A DNA stretch of 63,230 nucleotides, filler included, from Chlamydiia bacterium (GTDB taxonomy: Bacteria > Chlamydiota > Chlamydiia > Chlamydiales > FEN-1388): assembly GCA_903848235.1 (NCBI GenBank). It is 10 parts of 10 records of this genome, joined end to end, with 100 filler letters (N's around TTAATTAATTAA, not from the genome) between each part and the next. Parts side by side here need not be neighbours in the genome. Positions count along the whole stretch, not along the records: positions 1 to 6,153 come from CAINFV010000253.1; positions 6,254 to 11,569 come from CAINFV010000254.1; 8 more parts are not named here. One strand, 5' to 3'. Positions 1 to 9,368 of this stretch are shown piece by piece (the stretch's first letter is position 1; each line of letters starts with the position of its first letter). Position numbers and translations under genes: made by a program. The notes under the pieces were generated by a model that saw only the letters and a list, made by a program, of their open reading frames with translations, was not told the DNA's origin and searched no databases.

Positions 1-2
1 AG

Positions 3-110
3 TTATGGGCCCGACAGGCGGCAAAGCAATTTCGATGGTGGTGCAACATCGACGAAGAGAAGGCGTTTGATTTTCTCAAAGAGGAGTTGTCATGCCGGTT
101 GCAGTGGTAA
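3..110 (+). CDS. aroE: C-terminal end of shikimate dehydrogenase (AroE or bifunctional AroDE), 5' part outside window
   Basis: Frame 3 reads LWARQAAKQFRWW...LQW*, matching the AroE C-terminal xxQAxxQFxxW motif; it overlaps the aroA start. Confidence 0.6.
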   Translation, partial: LWARQAAKQFRWWCNIDEEKAFDFLKEELSCRLQW

Positions 111-1375
111 GGCCTTCGTGCCTTCGTGGTAGCCTCGCTCTGCCTCCGTCAAAATCTCATACCATGCGCTCTTTGGCTCTTGCGGCGATGGCACATGGAA
201 CGTCGACGATCTACGAGCCTTTACTCTCGCCGGACACAGAAGCTATGATTCGCGTTATTACGGCTCTTGGAGCCTGCGTAGAGCATGCTCCTGCGTCGCT
301 GTGTGTGAAGGGTATTGGCGGAGCCTTTGGCTCTTTATTTCAGCCTTCTGTTGATGTTGGGAATTCAGGTCTCGCCCTTCGCTTTGGAACAGCGCTCTGC
401 TCGCTCTGCCGCGATCCTATTGTCATTACAGGTGATAGTTCCATACGTACTTCTCGCCCCTTAGGGGCCTTGGTGCATGCCCTCCAGCAGCTGGGGCTAG
501 AGGCGTCATATCTTGGCACACCAGGTTTTGCCCCACTTCGCATGCAAGGGCCTATCCATTCAGGAAGCTGTGTCGTTGATGGACACGACTCTCAGCCTGT
601 CTCAGCGCTCCTCCTCACCCTTCCTTTTATCAGGGGGAGTTCTCTGATACGAGTTGAGGAGATGGGTGAGCGCCCGTGGCTTGCAATGACGCTATCTGCC
701 CTTCGCTCCTTAGGAGTCTCCATAGAACAGCGCCAGGATTCGGTATTTTCTATTCCTGGCAACCAGCGTATTTCAGGTTTTTCCCGTTGTATCCCCAAAG
801 ATGCGAGTTCTTTGGCATTTCCTCTTGTTGCAGGTCTGATGACGGACTCAGAAGTGCAGATTCATGGAGTGCCTTTTAATGATGTCCAACATGACATTGT
901 GATTATCGATTATGTGAGGAGAATGGGCGGCGTTGTAGACTGTGCCGGGGATTGCCTGACGGTCAGGGGTCCTCAGGATCTGCATGGGATAGACATTGAC
1001 ATCAACGAAGCTGTTGACGCTCTTCCTATTCTGGCGGTCCTTGCTACAAAAGCCCGTGGGAAGACGCGACTGTTCAACGGTGCCGTCTGCCGGCAGAAAG
1101 AGTCAGATCGCATCCACGTGATGGCGGAGACATTACAGCAGATGGGAGCTTCTATCACCGAGCATGCTGATGGCTTGACAATCTATGAAAGCCCTCTTCG
1201 AGGGGCTTCTGTGTCATGCTGTGCTGACCATCGCATTGCCATGGCGCTATCTGTTGCAGCCCTTTCGGCAGATGGGATGACAGTAGTGCACGGCGTAGAG
1301 TGTGTAGCAAAAAGCTTCTCACAGTTTTTTTCCACGCTAAGAGCACTTGGAGGAGATGTGGAGGTGGCGTCATGA
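92..1375 (+). CDS. aroA: 3-phosphoshikimate 1-carboxyvinyltransferase (EPSP synthase)
   Basis: PPSKS, GNSG, RQKESDR and DHRIAM motifs; lies in aro cluster. Confidence 0.97.
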   Translation: MPVAVVRPSCLRGSLALPPSKSHTMRSLALAAMAHGTSTIYEPLLSPDTEAMIRVITALGACVEHAPASLCVKGIGGAFGSLFQPSVDVGNSGLALRFGTALCSLCRDPIVITGDSSIRTSRPLGALVHALQQLGLEASYLGTPGFAPLRMQGPIHSGSCVVDGHDSQPVSALLLTLPFIRGSSLIRVEEMGERPWLAMTLSALRSLGVSIEQRQDSVFSIPGNQRISGFSRCIPKDASSLAFPLVAGLMTDSEVQIHGVPFNDVQHDIVIIDYVRRMGGVVDCAGDCLTVRGPQDLHGIDIDINEAVDALPILAVLATKARGKTRLFNGAVCRQKESDRIHVMAETLQQMGASITEHADGLTIYESPLRGASVSCCADHRIAMALSVAALSADGMTVVHGVECVAKSFSQFFSTLRALGGDVEVAS

Positions 1376-1878
1376 AGATCTGCCTCATAGGCTTTCAGGG
1401 TTCTGGGAAGACAACTCTTGGACGATGGGTGTCATCCTGCCTTGGTGTTCAGTTTTTTGACTTAGATGAGGTCTTGCTTGCGCGTTATGGATTCTCCTCT
1501 ATCAAAGAGGCATATACGACGTTTGGCGAAAAGCGGTTCCGCAAAGAAGAATCTGTGTGTATATCGCCAATAGCGGGTCTCCCTTCATATGTGGTGGCTC
1601 TTGGCGGCGGGTCGCTAGAGGCTCTGCAACAGATTCCTGATGATGTTCATGTGGTGTATCTGTTCCGACCCTTAGAACAGTTGGAGTCAGAGAATGTGTC
1701 GCCCTATCCTCTGTGGGTTAATGCAAAGGAACCGCAGTCCTCACTTCGACAGCGATGGGAAGAGAGACATCCTGTCTATGTTCAACGTGCTACATCTGTA
1801 GTACTTGTTGAGAAACAATCTGTTGATGATGATGGGCATAGGGTTCTTCAGTGCATACGAGGATTACATGGCAAGTAA
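1372..1878 (+). CDS. aroK: shikimate kinase
   Basis: GFQGSGKT P-loop, DLD, GEKRFR, LGGG; ATG at 1372 overlaps aroA stop (ATGA). Confidence 0.9.
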   Translation: MKICLIGFQGSGKTTLGRWVSSCLGVQFFDLDEVLLARYGFSSIKEAYTTFGEKRFRKEESVCISPIAGLPSYVVALGGGSLEALQQIPDDVHVVYLFRPLEQLESENVSPYPLWVNAKEPQSSLRQRWEERHPVYVQRATSVVLVEKQSVDDDGHRVLQCIRGLHGK

Positions 1879-2902
1879 TAGTTTTGGGACTCTCTTCCGT
1901 GTCACAACATTTGGCGAGTCACATGGCGAGGGTGTTGGATGTGTTGTTGACGGCTGTCCCGCCGGCCTTTCCTTGTCGGCAGCTGATATCCAGCCGGAAC
2001 TTGACAGGCGCTCTCCAGGAAAAGCCGTAGGAACGTCGAAGCGCACTGAGCCTGATGAAGTGCAGATCCTCTCTGGTGTCTTTGAAGGCAAGACAACGGG
2101 CGCTCCTATCGCTATGTGGATTGCAAATACAGATGTAGACTCTTCATCCTATGATAGCTCTGTGATACGTCCTGGGCATGCAGACCTGACTTATTGGCAC
2201 AAATACGGCCATGTTGACCATCGTGGGGGCGGTAGGGCGTCAGCTCGGGAGACGGCAGCGCGTGTGGCTGCAGGAAGTGTTGCCAAAAAGCTATTGCACA
2301 GCGCGAAGATTGGGGTGAGTGCATGGCTGTCGCAGATAGGGAATATCATTCTTCCGAGCGTCTGTTCGCAAAAAGATCAAGAACAGGTGGACGCGCTGTT
2401 AGAGAGTATTGGGCATCAAGGGGATTCTGTTGGTGGAATTGTATCCTGTCGCATCGAACACCTTCCTCCTGGTCTTGGTGATCCGATGTATGAGAAGCTT
2501 CCCGCGAAGCTTGCCTTTGCCATGCTCAGCATCCCTGCCAGCAGAGGCTTTGAGATTGGCGAGGGGTTTGCAGCAGCTGGAATGAGCGGCTCAGAGCATA
2601 ACGATCCTTTGGTCATTTGCGAAGAGTCGATAGTGGCTGCTACAAATCATGCTGGTGGAGTGCTTGGAGGCATTTCAACGGGCATGCCGCTATTTTTTCG
2701 GGTTGCTTTCAAGCCAACATCGAGTATCCGCACACCAATTGCGACGGTGACAAAGGAAAAGCAGATCACCTCTTATTCAACGCCTCCCTCCGCCCGTCAT
2801 GACCCGTGTGTAGCAGTGCGCGGCTCTTGCGTCGTTGAGGCCATGGCAGCTCTTGTCATCGCTGATTGCTGGTTGATGCAGAAGCTGTCTAGTGTCGCAT
2901 GA
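1868..2902 (+). CDS. aroC: chorismate synthase
   Basis: TTFGESHG, RPGHAD, GGGRASARET, FKPTSSI and RHDPC motifs. Confidence 0.97.
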   Translation: MASNSFGTLFRVTTFGESHGEGVGCVVDGCPAGLSLSAADIQPELDRRSPGKAVGTSKRTEPDEVQILSGVFEGKTTGAPIAMWIANTDVDSSSYDSSVIRPGHADLTYWHKYGHVDHRGGGRASARETAARVAAGSVAKKLLHSAKIGVSAWLSQIGNIILPSVCSQKDQEQVDALLESIGHQGDSVGGIVSCRIEHLPPGLGDPMYEKLPAKLAFAMLSIPASRGFEIGEGFAAAGMSGSEHNDPLVICEESIVAATNHAGGVLGGISTGMPLFFRVAFKPTSSIRTPIATVTKEKQITSYSTPPSARHDPCVAVRGSCVVEAMAALVIADCWLMQKLSSVA

Positions 2903-3108
2903 TCTTCAGTGCGTTTCAAAAATCCAAAATGGACGGGGCGTACGATTTTTTTTAGCGGAAGTAAAAAGATCCCTTGATTGAAATTCCAGTCTCGTCATAG
3001 GGTTCAGGGAGCTAAATGCTATCTTTTGTTCCATTGTGTCACCTGTATGTATGGGATATAAGAGGTCATAAGGTTAGCTGTGATAACGTTTATAGAGGAG
3101 AATTGGCG

Positions 3109-3447
3109 ATGAGATGGATAGGCAGTGGGTTGATGATGGTGATGGCAAGTTGTGGCTTGATGGCAAATGGAGAAGAAGCTTCGCCAAAAGCTGAGCAACA
3201 GACGACAGTGCACGACCTAGACAGACAGATTCTGTTTTTGAAGGATAACATCGAAAAATACAATGCGATGGCGAAGTCGTTTGATCGAAAAGTTGGTGAC
3301 CTGCAGTCGAAAGACTATAATGGATCGCGAGACTTTGCTGTACTCAGAGATGAATGTCGAGGCATTGCCAAGGATTTAGAATCACATCTCGTCACTCTTG
3401 AACAGAAAAGAGCGCAGATGCAAGAGCAACAAAACGCAAAGAAATAA
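3109..3447 (+). CDS. small secreted helical protein, paralog 1 of 3
   Basis: GAGGAG RBS, N-terminal hydrophobic signal, shared DLDxQI...D(Y/F)xG(S/Y)R...LExxRA pattern. Confidence 0.75.
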   Translation: MRWIGSGLMMVMASCGLMANGEEASPKAEQQTTVHDLDRQILFLKDNIEKYNAMAKSFDRKVGDLQSKDYNGSRDFAVLRDECRGIAKDLESHLVTLEQKRAQMQEQQNAKK

Positions 3448-3493
3448 CCCTTTGTGAAAGAAATAGGGGAGGGGGGTGTCACTTCCTCCCGTT

Positions 3494-3517
3494 ACCTCGA
3501 CTTTGTAAAGTCGAGGT
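3494..3517. repeat. minimal, internally deleted copy of palindromic repeat family B
   Basis: ACCTCGACTTT-GT-AAAGTCGAGGT equals the two termini of the ~160-bp elements at 12462 and 35995 joined together. Confidence 0.75.
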
Positions 3518-3572
3518 TACTGCTTTTTCTAAGCGTGAAATCCAATTCTTGAACAAGAAGAGGTATAGTATC

Positions 3573-3923
3573 ATGAGTTTTTTACGCACTCTTGCGGTCA
3601 TAGCAGCAACGTGTCTGAGCAGCATTGCCGTGGCACAGGACGAGAACGCTGAACCTATCACTCCTCCACCAGTATCCCTTGAGGATTTGGATTATCAAAT
3701 CAAGCTGTGCAAGCAATATATCGAAGAATATAAAAATCAAGCCTTTCTGTTCGATGAGAAGGCTCAGAGCTTGCTGTCTCATGACTTCATGGGATATCGG
3801 AATGCTGAGTCGATGAGTCAACAGAGTCAGTCTATTGCTGATGATTTAACAGGGCATCTTCAGAATCTTGAAAAACAACGAGCAGAGATGATGCAGCGTC
3901 AATCTCAGTCGCAAAAAAAATAG
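3573..3923 (+). CDS. small secreted helical protein, paralog 2 of 3
   Basis: Signal peptide ending AVA; LEDLDYQI...SHDFMGYR...LEKQRA. Confidence 0.8.
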   Translation: MSFLRTLAVIAATCLSSIAVAQDENAEPITPPPVSLEDLDYQIKLCKQYIEEYKNQAFLFDEKAQSLLSHDFMGYRNAESMSQQSQSIADDLTGHLQNLEKQRAEMMQRQSQSQKK

Positions 3924-3950
3924 ATTTTTGACGTATAAGAGGCTTTTTCT

Positions 3951-4283
3951 ATGAGACATCTGCTCATAGCTCTTTTCCTAGCCATGGTGTCATGCGGAAG
4001 TATTGCGGTATGTGATACCAAGGCTCCTCCCGTGAGCCAGATGTCGCTTGCCGAGATTGACGCACATATCAAAGAAGTGAAGGTAGACATTCGGATCTAT
4101 CAAAGTAGAGCTGTTTATGCTGACCGTCAAGCGCAGCAGCTGTCAACGCATGATTTCTTTGGCTATCGTCAAAGCCTTGAGGAGAGAGATCAAAATCTCG
4201 ATGCTGTGAAGGCCTTGCAGAAAGAGCTTGCTATCCTCGAACAACAACGGGCTACAATAGTGGAAGGTCATAGCGGTCAGTGA
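3951..4283 (+). CDS. small secreted helical protein, paralog 3 of 3
   Basis: Signal peptide; LAEIDAHI...THDFFGYR...LEQQRA. Confidence 0.8.
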   Translation: MRHLLIALFLAMVSCGSIAVCDTKAPPVSQMSLAEIDAHIKEVKVDIRIYQSRAVYADRQAQQLSTHDFFGYRQSLEERDQNLDAVKALQKELAILEQQRATIVEGHSGQ

Positions 4284-4726
4284 GGGTAGAGATGTTTGAG
4301 GCATGCCGGCAGAAGCAAGAAGAGGTCAAGAAGCTTTTCGCTGCAGCAGCAACGCCAGAAGAGAAGTATCAGCTGTTGATGGACTTAGGGAGGCGGCAAG
4401 TGTCGCTTTCTCCGGAAGAGAAGACAGAACAGAGCCGTGTTCGTGGGTGCCAGAGTATTACCTATCTGAAGGCAACGCTTGAAAATGGAAAGTCGTACTT
4501 TCACATAGAGTCAGATGCGTTGATATCGGCAGGGTTGGGGCAAATTCTGACAATGGTCTATAGCGGGCAGGCGCCGGAAGTCGTCCTCAAATGCCCTCCT
4601 ACCTACTTAGAAGAGCTTGGCTTGTATGCCAGCTTAAGCCCTGGCAGAGCGAATGGCTTAGCCAGTATGTTCACAAAGATGAAGCAAGAAGCTCTCAAGC
4701 ATATCATGGCGATGACACAGGGCTGA
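4280..4726 (+). CDS. sufE: SufE-family Fe-S sulfur acceptor
   Basis: VRGCQS with catalytic Cys, SDALI, LSPGRANGL. Confidence 0.92.
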   Translation: MRVEMFEACRQKQEEVKKLFAAAATPEEKYQLLMDLGRRQVSLSPEEKTEQSRVRGCQSITYLKATLENGKSYFHIESDALISAGLGQILTMVYSGQAPEVVLKCPPTYLEELGLYASLSPGRANGLASMFTKMKQEALKHIMAMTQG

Positions 4727-4747
4727 TTCTTACGTAAAGGATGCTTT

Positions 4748-5650
4748 ATGAGAGCGCTCGGTCAGGAAATAAGAACCAGAGAAAACCTCTCTCTTTATGC
4801 AGAGACTTTTGGCAAAAAAAAGAATGATGTATGTCTTCTGATCGCTGGAGCAGGGGCGTCTTGCCGTTTTTGGACCGATTCTTTTTGCCAGTCTTTTGTC
4901 AAAAAGAATTTTTTCGTTATTCGCTATGATCAACGGGATGTAGGACTCTCCTCCGTTGTTGATTTTGCAAAAAAGCCCTACGACCTCGAAGATCTTGCTG
5001 CCGATGTTATTGATATTTTGGATTACTATGGAGTCGAGCAAGCCAATCTCATTAGTTGTTCGATGGGTGGCCATGTCGCCCAGTGGCTGGCCTCTACCTC
5101 TCCAGAGCGTGTGAAGAAGTTGGTAGCTATATCAACAGGACCTATTGGAGAGGTGGCTGATTATAATTTTCAGCTCTCACCTCATCAAAAGGCTCTTTCA
5201 GAAGGGGTTTGGAAAGCGCTTCGCGATAATCATCCAACGTCAAATTTTGAAGAGAGTATCGAAGGTTTCCTGAAGGTCTGGCGCCTGCAGAACGGTGAAT
5301 TTCCCCTGGACGTGAAGATGGCGACGGAATACACCCGCGATCTGTATTTCCGTGGCAACATCACTGCAAGGTTTCACCCATCCTATGTCGCGGTCATCGA
5401 AAAAACAATATCCAGTCTTAAGGAGAGGAGCTCTCTTTTAGCTAAAATTAAAGCTCCCACCCTTGTCATTCATGGAAAAGCAGATTCTCTTCTATTACCT
5501 CAAGTTGCTGGAATACCTCTGGCTTTGGCGATACCAGAGGCTGAATTGCAGCTGATTCCTAAAATGGGACATATAATGTTCAATAGGGCACTGGAAGAGA
5601 ACATTGCTTCGAGGATTTTAATTTTTTTAAATTCGCGAAGCGAAATTTGA
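4748..5650 (+). CDS. alpha/beta fold hydrolase
   Basis: RYDQRDVGLS, nucleophile elbow SCSMGG, TLVIHGKAD, MGH. Confidence 0.9.
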   Translation: MRALGQEIRTRENLSLYAETFGKKKNDVCLLIAGAGASCRFWTDSFCQSFVKKNFFVIRYDQRDVGLSSVVDFAKKPYDLEDLAADVIDILDYYGVEQANLISCSMGGHVAQWLASTSPERVKKLVAISTGPIGEVADYNFQLSPHQKALSEGVWKALRDNHPTSNFEESIEGFLKVWRLQNGEFPLDVKMATEYTRDLYFRGNITARFHPSYVAVIEKTISSLKERSSLLAKIKAPTLVIHGKADSLLLPQVAGIPLALAIPEAELQLIPKMGHIMFNRALEENIASRILIFLNSRSEI

Positions 5651-6012
5651 TTTGAGGGCGGATCCTTCGGGAAGCTCCGAACAATTCTCTATTCTTCCCA
5701 AAACTTTGCATTTGGTTTCTCAGTATGGTGGCGATATGGTCAGTGTTGTAAGCGCTTGGGCTCAGGTGGAGCAGGGCTTGTATTTTGACAGCAATCTCTT
5801 ATCTACGGACAGGTCGAAGAAGGAAAGGTAAGATGTTGTTTTCGAACAGTCTATTGCCAAGCTCCAACAGCAAACGCAGGTCCCGTGCTCACTACAAGAT
5901 GTCATACGTGCGGCTGAGCATGTAAATAGCCGTTTTCTAGGAGCCTTCAATAAATATCATTAAATTGTCAGGGTCTTTTTTATATCTCATGAACTCTCCG
6001 TTGTACGAGTGT

Positions 6013-6153
6013 AGGGTTAGTAACTGCTCGATAAAATATGGACATATCTGGATAAACCTACCCTTTTTGTCCAGATTTTGACTAGCAAAAAAAACATACT
6101 GCACATCTCCAGATCAAGGCATCTTTGTTTTTTCGTGCTATAGTTTAAACAAA
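6013..6153. repeat. dispersed repeat family A (MITE-like), truncated by contig end
   Basis: Near-identical reverse complement of 6255-6395; terminus AGGGTTAGTAACTGCTCGATAAAATATGGACATATCT also at 29844-29880. Confidence 0.85.
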
Positions 6154-6253
6154 NNNNNNNNNNNNNNNNNNNNNNNNNNNNNNNNNNNNNNNNNNNNTTA
6201 ATTAATTAANNNNNNNNNNNNNNNNNNNNNNNNNNNNNNNNNNNNNNNNNNNN
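6154..6253. other. artificial contig linker (first of nine)
   Basis: N44-TTAATTAATTAA-N44 six-frame stop linker; same at 11570-11669, 24988-25087, 29603-29702, 35131-35230, 49219-49318, 53596-53695, 58006-58105 and 60643-60742. Confidence 0.99.
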
Positions 6254-6254
6254 C

Positions 6255-6395
6255 TTTGTTTGAGCTATAGCACGAAAAAACAAAGATGCCTTGATCTGGA
6301 GCTGTGCAGTATGGTTTTTTTGCCAGTCAAAACCTGGACAAAATGGGTAGATTTATCCAGATATGTCCATATTTTATCGAGCAGTTACTAACCCT
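6255..6395. repeat. dispersed repeat family A, inverted copy at contig start
   Basis: Reverse complement of 6013-6153 with scattered substitutions. Confidence 0.85.
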
Positions 6396-7194
6396 TGGTA
6401 AAAACAGTAATGGTCCCGTCACCGGTATTGGCGATATAGATTTTTCTCCCATCAGGGGTGATGGCTATCCCCACAGGAGCTTCTCCCGTTGAGAAGAGTG
6501 TTCCAAGGAAAGACTGAGAGGGAAGATCAATGTATCCGACAGAGTTTTCATGAAAGAACGTGGGGTACAGTGTCATTTCGTCCGGGGAGACCGCAACAGC
6601 ATCACTAAACTCATGGCCGGGACACCCAATGCTTGTAGATATATCATGCGCAAGATCGATGGTATTAATGAATGTGGTGCCAGGTTCATCGTCTCCAGAA
6701 TTTACTATATAGGCTGTTCTGCCATCAGGGGTGATGGCGATCCCATACGGCGTTCCCCTTTTTTCCAAGGGGATGGCGCTTATGAGGCTATGATCAGAAA
6801 GGTCGATGCGCCAACTGAAGGGATCAAACGAAGGGTATAGTCCTTTTCCGGTGACATAAGCAGACCAGCTTCCCTGATACGTATACCGGTCAGTAGAAGT
6901 TATGTCAGAAGTAACCGATCCTACACTCGCTAAAATATGAATAGTACCTGGCACTGACTCTGGAGCCTTCACGGTAATTTCTGTGTCAGAGCTGGTGACA
7001 ATGGTAGCCGGTGTTTGGCCAAACAGCACCTCAGTCACCTCTGTAAATCCGGTTCCGGAAATCGTAACCATATCACCGCCTGCTGACGCGCCATGGTTCG
7101 GACTGACGTGAGTGATCTCACATATCCCAAAGAGCGCTGTGGCAGAAAAAACAAAAAAAATAATGGTTGGTATGAGAGATTGTCGAAGTTCCAT
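6388..7194 (-). CDS. secreted IPT/TIG + YncE/YVTN-type beta-propeller protein, probably truncated by repeat A
   Basis: Signal peptide; ITHVSPNHG...GGDMVTISGTGF (IPT/TIG); GIAITPDG and AVAVSPDE propeller repeats; last codons and stop lie in repeat A. Confidence 0.8.
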   Translation of the reverse strand: MELRQSLIPTIIFFVFSATALFGICEITHVSPNHGASAGGDMVTISGTGFTEVTEVLFGQTPATIVTSSDTEITVKAPESVPGTIHILASVGSVTSDITSTDRYTYQGSWSAYVTGKGLYPSFDPFSWRIDLSDHSLISAIPLEKRGTPYGIAITPDGRTAYIVNSGDDEPGTTFINTIDLAHDISTSIGCPGHEFSDAVAVSPDEMTLYPTFFHENSVGYIDLPSQSFLGTLFSTGEAPVGIAITPDGRKIYIANTGDGTITVFTKG

Positions 7195-7337
7195 AGACGT
7201 TGCCCTACATGCACATGCGGTTATTCCTTTTGTAGGGTGACTTCAAAATTGTTGTCTATGTTTTGTCATGAAAACAAAGGATGCCAGGTCAAAATATATT
7301 TAAAAAATTTTGGCCTGGCAACTCAAGTAGCGAAGGG

Positions 7338-9131
7338 CTATTTAGGCTTCGTTTTCTTCCTCATCCTGATAACAGCCGGTGTGACTTCGACAAGCTCATC
7401 ATCTTGGATGTAGTCGATTGCCTGTTCGAGGGTAAAGCGATGCGGGGGAGTGAGGATGATATTTTCGTCACTGCCAGCAGCACGAACGTTGGTGAGCTGC
7501 TTTTCCTTGGTAATATTGACAGAAAGATCATTTTCTCGAGAGTTCTCGCCAACGATCATCCCTTCATACACATCGTCGTTAGGGGCAACGAATAAGCTTC
7601 CTCGATCTTGAAGTTGAAAGGAAGCGTATGGCGTTGTCCTGCCAGCGCAATTGGCGACAAGGACGCCTTGTCGACGGCCGACGATAGCGCCTTTGTGGGG
7701 CTCATAGTGATCAAAAATCGAGGTCAAGATCCCAAGGCCTCGTGTAATAGTCAGGAAGGAATTGCGATATCCCATAAGACCACGCGTTGGGATGAGGAAT
7801 TCCATGATGGTAAGACCTTCAGCGGTCGTGTCGAGGCGTTGTAACTCCCCTTTGCGTTTGGCGAGTTCTTCAATAACACATCCTGCGAAGTTCTCTGGAA
7901 CTTCGATGAGCGCTCGCTCTATAGGCTCTTCTGTGGTGCCGTCTACCTCTTTGAGGATGACGCGAGGCTTGGCAATGCTCATTTCAAACCCTTCTCGGCG
8001 CATCGTCTCAATGAGTACCGATAGGTGCAGCTCACCACGGCCAGCGACTGTGATCACTTCTTGGTCTGAAGACGAAAGGTCGATTTTCAGGGATATATTC
8101 ATCTTCTGTTCGCGTTCGAGGCGTTCGCGCAACTTATGCATGGTGACATATTTGCCAGAGCGGCCTACGAATGGGCTGGTATTGACACGAATGTCGATCG
8201 ACACGACAGGCTCTGTGATATGGATCGGAGGCAGACGAACGATATTCTGAGGATCGCAGAAGGTGTCTCCTATCATCGCTTCTGGAATTCCAGAGAGGAT
8301 GACAATGTCTCCTGTTGAAGCTTCTTTGAGTTCAACACGCTCCAGCCCTAAGTGGCCCTCAATTTTTGTGATTTGCGCTCGCTTCTCTCGTCCCTGACTA
8401 TCGACATGAGTGATCGTAGCGCCTTTTGCTACTGAACCATTGAGGATTCGTCCGCAGGATTGGCGGCCTAGGTATTCGTCGTAAAAGAGCATGGCAGGTT
8501 GAAATAAAAACGGAGCATGCTCATCGCCGTCTGGTGCTGGAACCGACTCAACGATCATATCAAAGAGTGGGGCGATGTCGACACGAGGATCGTCGATATT
8601 ACGGACAGCGAATCCAGAGAGCCCTGAGGCATAGCAATGGGCAAAGTCGAGCTGTTCATCGGTTGCCCCAAGTTCAATGAAAAGGTCAAAAGTCGCTTCT
8701 AAGGCTTTATCAGCGTCGGCATGGGGGCGGTCGATCTTATTAACAACGACGATAGGCTTCAGGCCAGCTTTGAGAGCCTGAGAGAGGACAAACCGTGTCT
8801 GCGGCATAGGCCCGTCTTGAGCATCGACGAGAAGCAGTACAGAGTTAACCATTCCAAGCACACGTTCTACTTCAGCTGAGAAGTCTGTATGGCCTGGGGT
8901 ATCGATGATATTGATTTTATAGTCTTTGTAGGCGACCGATGTGTGTTTTGCGAAGATTGTGATACCACGTTCACGCTCTTGGTCAAAAGAATCCATCATC
9001 CGTTCGGCGACAGCTTGATTAGAACGAAAGAGGTGGGATTGTTTGAGAAGGGAATCGAGGAGTGTCGTCTTCCCATGGTCAATATGAGCGACGATGGCGA
9101 TATTTCTAATTTTTTCTCGAGGGAACTTCAT
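7338..9131 (-). CDS. typA: translational GTPase TypA/BipA
   Basis: AHIDHGKTT, ERERGITI, DTPGH, NKID, GRGELHL, KQLTNVRA. Confidence 0.97.
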   Translation of the reverse strand: MKFPREKIRNIAIVAHIDHGKTTLLDSLLKQSHLFRSNQAVAERMMDSFDQERERGITIFAKHTSVAYKDYKINIIDTPGHTDFSAEVERVLGMVNSVLLLVDAQDGPMPQTRFVLSQALKAGLKPIVVVNKIDRPHADADKALEATFDLFIELGATDEQLDFAHCYASGLSGFAVRNIDDPRVDIAPLFDMIVESVPAPDGDEHAPFLFQPAMLFYDEYLGRQSCGRILNGSVAKGATITHVDSQGREKRAQITKIEGHLGLERVELKEASTGDIVILSGIPEAMIGDTFCDPQNIVRLPPIHITEPVVSIDIRVNTSPFVGRSGKYVTMHKLRERLEREQKMNISLKIDLSSSDQEVITVAGRGELHLSVLIETMRREGFEMSIAKPRVILKEVDGTTEEPIERALIEVPENFAGCVIEELAKRKGELQRLDTTAEGLTIMEFLIPTRGLMGYRNSFLTITRGLGILTSIFDHYEPHKGAIVGRRQGVLVANCAGRTTPYASFQLQDRGSLFVAPNDDVYEGMIVGENSRENDLSVNITKEKQLTNVRAAGSDENIILTPPHRFTLEQAIDYIQDDELVEVTPAVIRMRKKTKPK

Positions 9132-9368
9132 CAGAATGGTGTCCAGGCTACAGCCGTTGATGCCATGATATGCGATCAACAAAGAATGATTTGAGAAACA
9201 GTTCAAAACATTCTGGCTTCAGTGTATAAACAAACAAAACATGTAAATAAAAAAAGAATGAAAAAGAAGCGAGCGCCGAGCTTGTTCAAACTAATTTTAC
9301 GTAATTATACAGGATGCCGTCTTTTAAATCTAGATAGTGTCAGACACTGTTTTTAGAATATGTACTTC

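Noticed and set aside
340..2802. Many short antisense or alternate-frame ORFs over core genes here and throughout the window
   Set aside because: They overlap well-supported genes and show no motifs or RBS
6154..6253. Recurring TTAATTAATTAA palindrome inside N runs
   Set aside because: Artificial six-frame stop linker; ORFs ending in X runs or LIN at these sites are artefacts
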